From assembly GCA_015060965.1 (NCBI GenBank), contig SUXN01000012.1, forward strand, positions 10 through 64,009: a stretch of 64,000 bases of DNA, read 5' to 3'. The position numbers and the translations under genes are program-made. This stretch comes from Bacteroidales bacterium. GTDB taxonomy: Bacteria; Bacteroidota; Bacteroidia; Bacteroidales; Bacteroidaceae. The notes below the pieces were generated by a model. The model did no database searches, had not been told where the DNA came from, and saw only the letters and a program-made list of their open reading frames with translations. This document shows positions 46,901 to 56,600 of the stretch, piece after piece. The stretch's first letter is position 1; every line of letters starts with the position of its first letter.

Positions 46901-48550
46901 GGTCAGGGGCTCGACGGCGACATAAGCCTGACACGCTTCCCGCTGGAGATATCCAAAGCCTTCCTGCAGGATGCAGGAGTGAGCCTCAGCGGTTACCTCA
47001 ACGGCGAGATGAGTGCCAAGGGCGAGTTCTCAAGGCTCAACACCAACGGACGCATACAGTTCGAGTCGGTCGACATCGACGCGTACGGCTTCGGCACAAG
47101 CCTGCACATGGCCGACGAGACCGTCAGAATCATTGACAACAAGCTGCAATTCAACGATTTCAGCATATATGCAAAGGGTGACAACCCGTTCAAGATAAAC
47201 GGAAATGTCGACTTCACCCACCTCTCGAACCCCGCATTCGACCTGCGTATGAACGCCAACGACTATGAGTTCATAAACAGCAAACGCAAGAAAGGCTCAA
47301 TGTTCTACGGCAGGCTTTTCGTGGACACAAAGGCCATGATAGGCGGCACGCTCAACAACATGCGGTTCTACGGCGATGTCACCATGCTTGGCAAGAGCAA
47401 CATCACATACGTAATGCTCGATGCCCCGATAGAGTCGGACAAGGAGCTCGACGGTCTTGTGGAGTTCGTGAACTTCAACGACACCACCACCTTTGTGACA
47501 CAGGACGACGAGATTGACCTGGGCAACATAAACCTTAACCTGAGTCTGAGGATTGACGACGGAGCACGCATAAATGCAGACCTTGACGAGGGGCGCAACA
47601 ACTATGTCACCACGCAGGGAAACGGCAATCTCCACATCACATACACCAGCGAGGCCGGGCTAAACGTGACGGGGCGCTACAACATGAACGGCGGCGACTT
47701 CAAGCTGAGCCTGCCGGTTATACCGCTCAAGACACTGCAGATAAGCGACGGCAGCAACGTGAGCTGGACAGGCCCTATCCTTGAACCGGAACTGAACATT
47801 ACAGCCCTGGAGAGAGTGACATCATCGGTGACATTTGACGACAACAACATGGTTCCCGTACCCTTTGACGTGGGAGTGAAGGTGAGCAACACGCTCAGCA
47901 ACATGGGATTGAGTTTTGTGATGTCCTCACCCGAGAATGCCACGGTACAGGAGCAGCTGAATGCGCTCGACACCGAGACCATGAACAGATATGCCGTCAC
48001 CATGCTCATCACAGGAGCATACGCAGGCAGCAGCAAGAGCATGACGGTAGCCAATGCGCTAAACTCGTTCATTGACGCAAAGATAAACGACATTGCAGGC
48101 ACAGCCATGAAGAGTGTGAGCGTGAATGTGGGAATAAACGACGCCACGAACGTCGAGACGGGAAACACCTACAAGAACTACTCTTTCAGCTTCAGCAAGA
48201 GGTTCTGGAACGACCGCATCACCTTTGTCATAGGCGGTGAGGTGAACAGCGGCGAGCACCGCACAAGCAACAACAGCTTCATAAACAACGCCTCTCTCGA
48301 GTGGAAGATAAGCGAGAACAGCAACCGCTTCCTCAAGCTCTTCTACGACAAGAACTACGAGTCGATTCTCGAGGGCGAGATAACGGAAATGGGCATCGGT
48401 TACGTGTACAAGCGCAAGCTCAACCGTCTGAAGGAGCTTTTCATCTTCAACAGCAACAGGAGAAAGAGAGCCGACGGAAAGCAAGCGACACCACAGCCCC
48501 CTGCAAACAGCGGCAACAATCAGGAAAAAGAGACAAAGGAGAGCAAATGA
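43901..48550 (+). CDS. tamB: Translocation and assembly module protein TamB
   Basis: About 1550 aa with an N-terminal TM anchor (ILIIAAIPIIILWIAIIALYL), a long beta-rich body and a DUF490-like C-terminus. Start set at MKKKKSIL. Followed by an overlapping Omp85 gene. Confidence 0.8.
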   Translation: MKKKKSILSRIVRSILIIAAIPIIILWIAIIALYLPPVQRYAADMLCRKISESSCYDISIGSLHLAFPLKLNIGDFSMSRNGTPYINGEKANLNVSLLPLLTGEVELNYIYLENIGLDTKDMIPDVAINGNIGYFRTTARNIDLEKEIADIRQVHLHSTHLDITLTDTVPSKDDEEESTFKWAFRLHKGNIGDCSVNIALPAQGISTAASIGSLELEEGTADIGTQTYTLERLGLDNCGIEYDLRGGNVPLDHINVEDISLECSDLAYTPEYAKAEIKDFTFTQPGGMSITKTSASLFADSNSLEVRRLAMDSRNGSYVIAKGSMPWEALRKGTTPKLIADLDVRLNKRDLAELITDEQYKALSIFQDDMFSSNIKVSGNMTRMEIDTLNIIAPSIATVGAKGYATNLTDAKRMAATLQIQGSADDIRRFIDNKADTIANAYGKADIAGTIGYSNGTADAHIDIAAAGGTATAKATYEVNASRYDADIAVSEVDINRIMPELPLKKLTMNMIAKGEGTDLFSSHTTYNAHITLDTLLYGETALGNIILDASQANGLSRIDINGDDSNLKFSLNAETLLDSAMIKNSTHLDIAKADFGKLNIAQGLSTQMQLALELSTDMGEVHAIRLKGEEIDITTPQKSFNPKNIYINAATTPDSTFIYAQNGDLNINGEMSSGYNGLFSSLDKVARLFMDALQNEDMVHYLQDYEKELPTITLGVQCGRDNVLANLLAMKGVTANSMNIDLKMDSLDGLNMRGGVYGLKSGELNLDTVRVLTRQEGNRIRYFAGVRSTALNPDNVKESYNAALFGNLADDTLSTNFVFRDQNEKIGVRIGATTKLRPRSIDIKFKPQAMLLGKKFSFNPDNYINIGEGFKTDADVMLSSNEGTGMHLRTLPGGEQEQSANLELWGLDLKSLTSIIPYSPDIAGTLDLDLHFRQDSEGILLSSDINAGGLSYEGVYVGNERIEAVYLPKEDNTHYLDLLLMHEEEEVAHISGNYRESGNGQGLDGDISLTRFPLEISKAFLQDAGVSLSGYLNGEMSAKGEFSRLNTNGRIQFESVDIDAYGFGTSLHMADETVRIIDNKLQFNDFSIYAKGDNPFKINGNVDFTHLSNPAFDLRMNANDYEFINSKRKKGSMFYGRLFVDTKAMIGGTLNNMRFYGDVTMLGKSNITYVMLDAPIESDKELDGLVEFVNFNDTTTFVTQDDEIDLGNINLNLSLRIDDGARINADLDEGRNNYVTTQGNGNLHITYTSEAGLNVTGRYNMNGGDFKLSLPVIPLKTLQISDGSNVSWTGPILEPELNITALERVTSSVTFDDNNMVPVPFDVGVKVSNTLSNMGLSFVMSSPENATVQEQLNALDTETMNRYAVTMLITGAYAGSSKSMTVANALNSFIDAKINDIAGTAMKSVSVNVGINDATNVETGNTYKNYSFSFSKRFWNDRITFVIGGEVNSGEHRTSNNSFINNASLEWKISENSNRFLKLFYDKNYESILEGEITEMGIGYVYKRKLNRLKELFIFNSNRRKRADGKQATPQPPANSGNNQEKETKESK

Positions 48551-50865
48551 TGAAAAAGAACATAACATACATACTTCTGGCGCTTTTACTTGCAGCCTGC
48601 TCCACCACGCGATACGTGCCCGACGGCGAACAGCTGTATACAGGCATTGAGAAGATGGAGTTCACCGATGCCGATGCCAATGCCAAGAGCGAGACGGGAC
48701 AGACAGCCGTCGACGAGATAAGCTATGCCCTCGAGTGCCCTCCCAACGGCTCTTTCATGGGCAGCTCAAGCGCAAGACTGCTGCCTGTGGGCCTGTGGTT
48801 CTACAATGCCTTCCACGACTCGAAGAAAGGCATAGGGCGCTGGCTCTTCAAGACATTCGCCAAGGAGCCCGTGCTCATCTCGGGCGTGAATCCCGAACTG
48901 CGCGCCAACGTGGCGACAGACATCCTCAAATATTACGGTTATTTCAACGGCAAGGTAGAGGCCACCACCCTCCCCGGCAAGAACCCCAAGAAAGCGAAAG
49001 TCGCGTACAGGATAACCTTCAACCAACCGTCGGTATATGACAGCATCGCATACACAAAGTTCCCGTATGCGATAGACACATTGATTGCCGCCAACAGCCG
49101 ACGCTCAACCATCAAGAGCGGTGACCAGTTCAACGCAGCTGCCATGGAAGAGGAACGCAGCAGGATAAGCAATATGCTGCGCAACAACGGATATTATCAT
49201 TTCCAGCCCGCCTACATAAGCTACCTTGCCGACACCATCAACACACCCGGCAAGGTGAAGCTGCGTGTGCAGCCTGTGGGGAACATCCCGTCAGAGAGCT
49301 ACAACGCATACAGGATAGGCAACATCAACCTGCGTGTGATGGACAACAGCTACAGCGGAGGCGACATCTCCAGCCTCAGGGCCGACACCGTCAGCCGACG
49401 CAATTTCAGTTACATCTATTACGGAAAGAAGATGCCTGTACGCGCAGGCTCCATCCTCCGCAACATACAGATGAGGAAAGGAGAGCTCTACTCCCAGGAG
49501 AGCCAGCAACGCGCCTTGCAGATGCTCACACAGATGAACATCTTCAGCAGCATCAGTTTCAACATGAGCCCCCGCAAGGATTGCGACACGATAGATGTCG
49601 ATGTCATCACCCAGCTCGACAAGCCGTACGACTTCACCTTCGAGCTCAACGCCACCAGCAAGAGCAACAGCCAGATTGGCCCCGGAAGCAAGATTACCCT
49701 TGCAAAGAAGAACGTGTTCCGCGGCGGAGAGACATTAAAGCTCTCGCTCACAGGCTCTTACGAATGGCAGACCGACGAGAAGATAAAAGGACGCGCAGCC
49801 GTTGTCAACTCATGGGAGATGGGTGCCGACGTGTCGCTCACCTTCCCGCGCCTCTTCTTCCCTATCATACACCGCCGATACCTCCGTGTGCCATCGTCTA
49901 CATCGTTGAGGCTATACACTGACCAGATGAACAGGTCGGGATTCTTCAGGATGATACACGCCGGAGGAGACATCACCTACAAGATTTTCAGCAGCAGCTC
50001 AAGCACACACACCGTCATACCGTTCCGCCTCACATACGACATGCTGTTGAGGACAACGGAGAAGTTCGACTCAATCGTCGCCAGCAACCGTGCGATAGAG
50101 AACAGCTTCCGCAACCAGTTCATCCCTGCCATGCAGTACACATATACCTATGACGAGTCGAACACCAACCACAGGAACAAGACCTGGCTCGAGGTATCGT
50201 TCACATCGGCAGGAAACGTGACATCACTGGTCTACTGGGCATTCGGTAACGCATTGAGCAAGAGAGACAAGAACATCTTAGGCAACCCATACGCGCAATT
50301 TGTGAAGGGAACAGCCGAACTGCGCAAGCTGTGGAAGATAAGCAACAGCCACTACATTGCCAACCGCATAATGATTGGGGCCATACACAGCTATGGCAAT
50401 GCCGAGTACGCCCCTTACAGCGAGCAGTTCTACATTGGAGGAGCCAACAGCCTGCGTGCCTTCACCGTGCGCTCGGTGGGCCCCGGCAGCTACCGTCCCA
50501 ACAGCAACAACCGCTATTCGTATCTTGACGAGACAGGTACACTGAAGTTAGAGATGAACGTCGAGTACCGCTTCAGGCTTGTAGCCGACCTGCACGGAGC
50601 GCTCTTTGTGGATGCAGGTAACATCTGGCTCATCAAGAAAGACCCCGAACGCCCCGGAGGAGAGTTCAGGATTGACAAGTTTGCCGAGCAGCTTGCGCTG
50701 AACACCGGATTCGGACTGCGTTACGACCTTCAGTTCCTGGTGCTGAGGGTAGACTTCGGCCTTGGCCTGCACGCCCCCTACAAGACCAAGCGCAGCGGAT
50801 ATTTCAACCTCAACCCGTTGAAAGACGGCTTCGCATGGCATTTTGGAATAGGATATCCGTTTTAA
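48547..50865 (+). CDS. Omp85/BamA-family outer membrane protein (TamA-like partner of TamB)
   Basis: Start at MMKKNITYILLALLLAAC overlaps the tamB stop (ATGA). POTRA-like region and a C-terminal beta-barrel ending ...WHFGIGYPF. Confidence 0.8.
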   Translation: MMKKNITYILLALLLAACSTTRYVPDGEQLYTGIEKMEFTDADANAKSETGQTAVDEISYALECPPNGSFMGSSSARLLPVGLWFYNAFHDSKKGIGRWLFKTFAKEPVLISGVNPELRANVATDILKYYGYFNGKVEATTLPGKNPKKAKVAYRITFNQPSVYDSIAYTKFPYAIDTLIAANSRRSTIKSGDQFNAAAMEEERSRISNMLRNNGYYHFQPAYISYLADTINTPGKVKLRVQPVGNIPSESYNAYRIGNINLRVMDNSYSGGDISSLRADTVSRRNFSYIYYGKKMPVRAGSILRNIQMRKGELYSQESQQRALQMLTQMNIFSSISFNMSPRKDCDTIDVDVITQLDKPYDFTFELNATSKSNSQIGPGSKITLAKKNVFRGGETLKLSLTGSYEWQTDEKIKGRAAVVNSWEMGADVSLTFPRLFFPIIHRRYLRVPSSTSLRLYTDQMNRSGFFRMIHAGGDITYKIFSSSSSTHTVIPFRLTYDMLLRTTEKFDSIVASNRAIENSFRNQFIPAMQYTYTYDESNTNHRNKTWLEVSFTSAGNVTSLVYWAFGNALSKRDKNILGNPYAQFVKGTAELRKLWKISNSHYIANRIMIGAIHSYGNAEYAPYSEQFYIGGANSLRAFTVRSVGPGSYRPNSNNRYSYLDETGTLKLEMNVEYRFRLVADLHGALFVDAGNIWLIKKDPERPGGEFRIDKFAEQLALNTGFGLRYDLQFLVLRVDFGLGLHAPYKTKRSGYFNLNPLKDGFAWHFGIGYPF

Positions 50866-50867
50866 AA

Positions 50868-50930
50868 GGGTTATGGGTGAAAGGGTGAAGGGTGATGGGT
50901 GAAGGGTGAGGGGTGAAGGGGTGACCCCTC
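50868..50930 (+). repeat. GGGTGAA-type heptamer tract (G-rich on + strand)
   Basis: gggttatgggtgaaagggtgaagggtgatgggtgaagggtgaggggtgaaggggtgacccc begins 3 nt after the tamA-like stop. It has 8 G3-4 runs with 3-4 nt spacers. Confidence 0.9.
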
Positions 50931-51091
50931 AGTCACTGCGTGACAGGGCCCTTCGGGACTCCTTTGGGGAGCTAAAGCTCCCGTCGTCGCAAACATTGCT
51001 CGCTCGCAATGTCCCCTAAGGACAGGGGAGCAATATATAAACTATTGTCTCCCTGTGTTAGGGAGACGAGCAACGAAGTTGCGGAGAGGGT
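50931..51091. repeat. 161-bp module, left copy of inverted repeat
   Basis: Reverse complement of 52901-53061 with a single mismatch (51076 a vs g). Internally it is a string of six short hairpins. Confidence 0.95.
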
Positions 51092-51420
51092 CCCGTTAAT
51101 CGTTAACCCACTTTGTGGAATTGAAACTTGGCTGCGCTCGTAGATAAACATCAAAGCAAGCTTTATGTTTTACTCGCTGACACAAGCTTTAACCCCACTC
51201 CGTGAGAGCGCCTCAAGTTTGTCATCTCGAGCGAGCGTAGCGACGAGAGATCTCTCCTCCTTGCAGTCGTCGTCGACAAATTCGCTTACCCGCAGCCTTG
51301 ACTTCGTCGAGCCTGCTCCCGCTCGTGGTTAAAGTAAAATGCATTTCACTTTAACTCGCTTACCCGCAGCCTTAAACGTTAAACTGGCGCCCCCTTACAA
51401 AGCAGACAAAAAAAATCACA
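51092..51420. repeat. Mosaic repeat modules (array R1, right part)
   Basis: Shares modules with 52.5-53.2 kb and 60.5-60.95 kb: tgtcatctcgagcgagcgtagcgacgagagatctctcc, ttcgcttacccgcagcctt (twice), gagcctgctcccgctcgtggttaaagtaaaatgcatttcact, aaccccactccgtg, ttgaaactt/cggctgc. Confidence 0.85.
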
Positions 51421-51450
51421 TTTTTTTGCATTTATTTGATAAATAAACAC

Positions 51451-51458
51451 TACCTTTG
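51451..51458 (+). promoter_or_regulatory. -7 promoter box (TACCTTTG)
   Basis: TAnnTTTG match 70 nt upstream of the ATG at 51528. Confidence 0.45.
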
Positions 51459-51527
51459 AAAATGGTGCGACCAAAAGCACTATTTTGCGTTAAAACATTG
51501 TAATTAACCTTTATAAAACAAATTAAA

Positions 51528-52433
51528 ATGAAACCTACACTTTTTGTATTGGCTGCAGGTATGGGCAGCCGTTATGGCGGTTTGAAACAGTTGGATGGTC
51601 TGGGCCCGAATGGCGAGACAATCATGGACTACTCTATCTATGATGCAATCCGTGGTGGCTTCGGCAAGTTGGTATTCGTTATCCGCAAGGACTTTGAGCA
51701 GGATTTCCGCGACAAGGTATTGAGCAAGTACGAGGGCCACATCCCGACAGAGTTGGTATTCCAGGCTATCGACAACCTTCCCGAGGGCTTCACTGTTCCC
51801 GAGGAGCGCACAAAGCCATGGGGTACAAACCACGCAGTACTCATGGGTAAGGATGCCATCAAGGAGCCTTTTGCAGTAATCAACGCCGATGACTTCTACG
51901 GCCGCGACGCATTTGCCGTTATGGGCAAGTGGCTCAGCGACCTCCCCGAGGGCAGCGAGGGCAGATACTCAATGGTAGGTTTCCGCATCTGCAACACACT
52001 CAGCGAGAACGGTAGCGTTGCACGCGGTGTATGCGAGAAGAACGAGCAGAACATGCTTACAGGCGTTGTTGAGCGCACAGAGATCATGCGCGTTGACGGC
52101 CCTATCTGCTACAAGGACGAGGAAGGCGCTTGGCAGCCCGTTGGTGAGGAGACACCGGTATCAATGAACTTCTGGGGCTTCACACCCGACTACTTCAAGC
52201 ACTCTGAGGAGCAGTTCGTTGACTTCTTGAAGGAGAACGTTGACAAGCCAAAGGCTGAGTACTTCATCCCGTTGGTGGTGAACAACCTCACCACAACAGG
52301 CAAGGCAAGCTGCGAGGTTCTTGACACAACAGCAAAGTGGTTCGGCGTAACATACGCTGCTGACCGTCCGGCAACAGTGGAGAAGATACAGTCACTTGTT
52401 GACGCAGGCGAGTATCCCGAGAAGCTGTTCTAA
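51528..52433 (+). CDS. Sugar-phosphate nucleotidyltransferase-family protein
   Basis: N-terminal LAAGMGSRYGGLKQ (the GxGxR nucleotide-binding loop of NTP_transferase enzymes); 301 aa. Confidence 0.75.
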   Translation: MKPTLFVLAAGMGSRYGGLKQLDGLGPNGETIMDYSIYDAIRGGFGKLVFVIRKDFEQDFRDKVLSKYEGHIPTELVFQAIDNLPEGFTVPEERTKPWGTNHAVLMGKDAIKEPFAVINADDFYGRDAFAVMGKWLSDLPEGSEGRYSMVGFRICNTLSENGSVARGVCEKNEQNMLTGVVERTEIMRVDGPICYKDEEGAWQPVGEETPVSMNFWGFTPDYFKHSEEQFVDFLKENVDKPKAEYFIPLVVNNLTTTGKASCEVLDTTAKWFGVTYAADRPATVEKIQSLVDAGEYPEKLF

Positions 52434-52451
52434 AAAACAGATTCCAACAAT

Positions 52452-52493
52452 AACAACGGCGTGCACTTAAAAAGTGCATGCCGTTGTTGTTTT
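52452..52493 (+). terminator. Intrinsic terminator
   Basis: aacaacggcgtgcactt / aagtgcatgccgttgtt stem (one mismatch) followed by a T-rich run (gtttt). Confidence 0.7.
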
Positions 52494-52502
52494 AGGATAG
52501 TT

Positions 52503-52634
52503 GGGGCGCCATTTGATAAGGGCCTAAAGGCCTCTAAAGCCCTTTTTATATTCCTCCCCTGTTTTAGGGGAGGTGGCTGAAAAGCCGGAGGGGTTACCGT
52601 TCAGTACAAAACACCCGCGTTCAATACTTTAATT
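52503..52634. repeat. Mosaic repeat modules (array R2, left part)
   Basis: ggcgccatttgataagggcctaaaggcctctaaagc and tttttatattcctcccctgttttaggggaggtg recur at 60529-60629 in the same order and orientation. Confidence 0.85.
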
Positions 52635-52900
52635 ACCCTCTCCGCAACTCCGTTGCTCGTCTCCCTAATACAGGGAGACAATAGCTTTGAGGTCCTAAGG
52701 GTCCCTAGGTTGTCATCTCGAGCGAGCGCAGCGACGAGAGTTCTCTCCTCGTTTAACGATTGACGGAACCCTCTCCGCAACTTCGTTGCTCGTCTCCCTA
52801 ATACAGGGAGACAATAGCTTTGAGGGCCTAAGGGTCCCTAGGTTGTCATCTCGAGCGAGCGCAGCGACGAGAGATCTCTCCTCGTTTAACGTTTAATAAG
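52635..52900. repeat. Two 133-bp tandem repeat units
   Basis: Units start at 52635 and 52768, and a third start at 52901 continues into the 161-bp module. The units differ at a handful of positions. Confidence 0.9.
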
Positions 52901-53061
52901 ACCCTCTCCGCAACTCCGTTGCTCGTCTCCCTAACACAGGGAGACAATAGTTTATATATTGCTCCCCTGTCCTTAGGGGACATTGCGAGCGAGCAATGTT
53001 TGCGACGACGGGAGCTTTAGCTCCCCAAAGGAGTCCCGAAGGGCCCTGTCACGCAGTGACT
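52901..53061. repeat. 161-bp module, right copy of inverted repeat
   Basis: Reverse complement of 50931-51091, 160/161 identical by hand alignment. Confidence 0.95.
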
Positions 53062-53116
53062 TAGGGGTCAACCCCTAACCTTTCACCCACACCCATAACC
53101 CTTCACCCATAACCCC
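53062..53116 (-). repeat. Heptamer tract (C-rich on + strand, G-rich on - strand)
   Basis: taggggtcaacccctaacctttcacccacacccataacccttcacccataaccc is a diverged inverted counterpart of 50868-50930. Confidence 0.85.
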
Positions 53117-53655
53117 TTTGGGCTTGAAACTCGGCTGCACTCGTTGCGTGTGTAAGCAAGCTTCCACACACTCGTTGGCACGAGCTTTCATCGTTAAACA
53201 TTCATTATAATATAATGTACGCGCGCGCGAGGATTATGAAAAAGCAACAGCGTTAAAGGATATTAACATTCGGCCCAAAAGTGCTTATGCGCGAAATGTC
53301 TGCAAAATTCAAAATATGCTTACATTTTGTCAAACCCCCGAAAACCACCCCACAAGGCCTCCAAAAGCCCATTTTTTTAATAAAATAACAAAAAGAGAGC
53401 TGCTTTGTCGCAATTCTTACTCGTTTTTTTACTTAAACTATTAAAAAGTCAACATTGACAAATAGTCAAAATGAGAGCATTTTTAGCTTTTTTAATAAAA
53501 AAACCACACTTTTGTTGAAAAATAATGCTTAACTTATTTTAAAGTTTCAATTAAATATCGTATTTTCGCGCCATTAATTTCCTTTTAAGTACATACTGAA
53601 GAGAGATTATAACTAACTAAATAATTAATTATTATTAACTTAAATTTCATTTATT

Positions 53656-56600
53656 ATGAAAAGAGTGCTATTTCTTTTGACCGTTATTCTTATGGGTATC
53701 GGTACAATAGCAGCGCAAAGCGCCAAAGTGACCGGTAAGGTTACCGACACAAACGGCGAAGCTGTTATTGGAGCCTCTGTCTATGTAATCGGTACTAATG
53801 TAGGTGCCAACACAGACATCGAGGGTAACTTTACAATTGAAAATGTACCAAGCAGCGCTACAACACTCCGCGTTTCATACATCGGTATGACAACACAGGA
53901 GGTACACATCCTCAAGGGCAAGCCTATGAAGATTGTTCTTGTTGAGGACGGTATCGCTCTCGACGAGGTAGTCTACGTTGCCTATGGTACAGCCAAGAAG
54001 TCACAGTTTACCGGTTCGGCAGCTGTCGTAAAATCAGATGAGATCGGCAAGATCCAGACATCTAACGCAGCTAACGCCCTTACAGGTAAGATGGCCGGTG
54101 TACAGTTGACAAACGCTTCAGGTCAGCCAGGCACAACAACTCCAACTATCCGCGTACGTGGTATTTCTTCAATCAACGCAGGTAACGCACCTCTCATTAT
54201 CCTTGACGGTGCTCCTTACGACGGTGATATGAACAATATCAACGCACAGGATATCGAGTCAATGACTGTATTGAAGGATGCTGCTTCTAACGCCCTCTAC
54301 GGTGCCCGCGGTGCAAACGGTGTCATCATGATTACCACAAAGAAGGGTTCATCAGGCAGCGCACGCGTTACATTCGATGCAAAGTGGGGTTCTAACTCAC
54401 GTGCTACACAGGACTACGACTATATCAAGAGCCCTGCACAGTACTACGAGGTTTACTACGGCGCATTGAACAGCTACTTGATGAATGAGCAGGGTTACAG
54501 CGCATCACAGGCTCACATTGCAGCCAATAGCCTCATGGTAGGCTCAAGTTCAGCAGGTCTCGGCCTCAACATTTATACTGTACCCGAGGGCCAGTACCTC
54601 ATCGGTACAAACGGTAAGCTCAACCCCAACGCTACCCTCGGCCGCATGATGACATACAATGGCCAGGATTACTGGATGATTCCGGACGACTACATGGACG
54701 AGGCATACGACAGCAGCCTCCGTCAGGAGTACAACCTCAACATCACAGCCGGTAACGACAAGTCATCTTTCTATGCATCAGTAAACTACCTCGACAACGA
54801 GGGTATCACAGCCAACTCAGACTACGAGCGTCTTTCAGGCCGTTTGAAGGCTGACTATAAGGTAAAGAACTGGTTGAAGGTTGGTGCAAACATGGCTTAC
54901 ACACACTACGAGGCAAACTCACTTGGCGAGGACGGTGCTTCTAACTCAAGCGGCAACATCTTCGCATACGCAACTCAGGTTGCTCCTATCTATCCTCTTT
55001 ACATCCGTGACGCTCAAGGTAACATCCTTCGCGATGCAAACGGTTTCAAGCGTTATGACTACGGCGATGGCGAGAACGCAGGTTTCAAGCGTCCATTCCT
55101 CCCAAGTGGCAACCCCTACTCTTCTAATCAGCTCGACGAGAACAGCTACGAGGGTAACGCTATTAACGCAACTGCATTTGCTGAGGTCACATTCCTCAAG
55201 GACTTCAAGTTTACATGGACAAGCGGTGTAAACTCTGACGAGACTCGTTCTACAAACACAACCAACCCATACTACGGTACATACGCAAGCTCTAACGGTA
55301 TGGTTTACAAGTACCACACACGTACAATCTCTTGGAACCACCAGCAGCTCTTGAACTGGGAACATTCATTCGGCAACCACAACATTCAGGCTATGGCCGG
55401 CCACGAGTACTTCAGAAGCAAGTACTACTACCTCTATGCTGCTAAGGAGAACCAGTTCGACCCAACAAACAACGAGTTGGCGGGTGCTATCACAGACAAG
55501 AGTGGCAACTCTTATTCAACCGATTACAACACTGAGGGTTACTTCGGTCGCGTAATGTACGATTACGACGGACGTTACCATTTGCAGGCATCTTACCGTC
55601 GCGATGCATCTTCACGTTTCCACAAGGATAACCGTTGGGGTAACTTCTGGTCAGCCGGCTTTGGTTGGGTTATCTCTAAGGAGGACTTCTTCAACGCACA
55701 GTGGGTTGACCTCTTGAAGTTCAAGGCATCTTATGGTGAGCAGGGTAACGACCAGATCGGTAACTACCGTTACACAAGCCTCAGTAGCATCATCAACTCA
55801 TTGGGTCACCCAGCAACACCTCCGGGTTCATTCGGTAAGAAGGATATCTCTTGGGAGACACAAGGTAACTTCAACGCCGGTTTCGACTTTGATTTGTTCC
55901 GTGGCCGTTTGAGCGGTTCTGTTGACTTCTTTACACGTAAGACATCAGATATGCTTCTCAGCTTCCCAGTGGCACCTACATTCGGTTACACAAGCTACTA
56001 TGCAAACATCGGTGACATGAGAAACACCGGTTTTGAGATTGACTTGAAGGGTACTCCTATCAAGACAAAGGATTTCGAGTGGAACGTAAACCTCAACTTC
56101 ACAACATACGAGAACAAGATTTCTTACCTCCCCGAGGAGCGCAAGACAAAAGTTATTGATGGCAAGGGTGGTTACACAAGCGGCAGCTACTTCTACGGTG
56201 AGGATTGTGCACTCTACACATTCCAAATGAGAAAGTATGCCGGTGTTGACCCTGAGACAGGTAAATCTATGTGGTGGAAGAACTTCACAGACCGTCCCGT
56301 AGTTGACGCAGAGGGTAATCCTGTATACGAGATGGTCAACGGTGCTCCAAAGCTCGACGAGAACGGCAACCCAATCCAGAAGCTCGAGAGCGGCCGTGAG
56401 AAGACTACAGAGTATGAAGATGCAAGCTACTACCTCTGCGGTACAGCTCTGCCCGATGCATACGGCGGTTTCGGCACATCATTCGCATGGAAGGGCTTCG
56501 ACCTCTCAATCGACTTCTCATTCCAGCTCGGCGGTCAGGTTTATGACAGCGACTATGCAGGTTTGATGGCACCTCCTACTTCAACATCAAGAGGTTCAAA

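Noticed and set aside
48301-48546. N-terminal 82-aa extension of the Omp85-family ORF (track start 48301) and long track starts at 519 and 43844
   Set aside because: The extensions overlap the upstream TamB coding region or promoter boxes and precede obvious signal-peptide or TM starts (MMKKNITYILLALLLAAC, MKKKKSILSRIV). The shorter starts were chosen.
50868-50930. Telomere-like repeat (GGGTGAA heptamers) as a sign of a linear replicon end
   Set aside because: The tracts are internal, short, occur three times within 10 kb in both orientations, and are flanked by ordinary chromosomal genes. They are interpreted as part of the mosaic repeat family.
52635-53033. Possible CRISPR array suggested by regularly spaced repeats
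   Set aside because: The 133-bp units are contiguous with no unique spacers between them. The units are far longer than CRISPR repeats, are made of modules found elsewhere in the window in both orientations, and no cas genes are present.
50931-53061. Composite transposon or insertion sequence call for the inverted-repeat-flanked nucleotidyltransferase cassette
   Set aside because: No transposase, integrase or recombinase ORF lies inside or next to it, and I could identify no target-site duplication. It is reported as a repeat or possible invertible segment, not as a mobile element.
53219-53231. Alternating (GC)n run cgcgcgcgcg as a Z-DNA element or regulatory site
   Set aside because: It is only about 10 bp, a single occurrence, with no supporting context.
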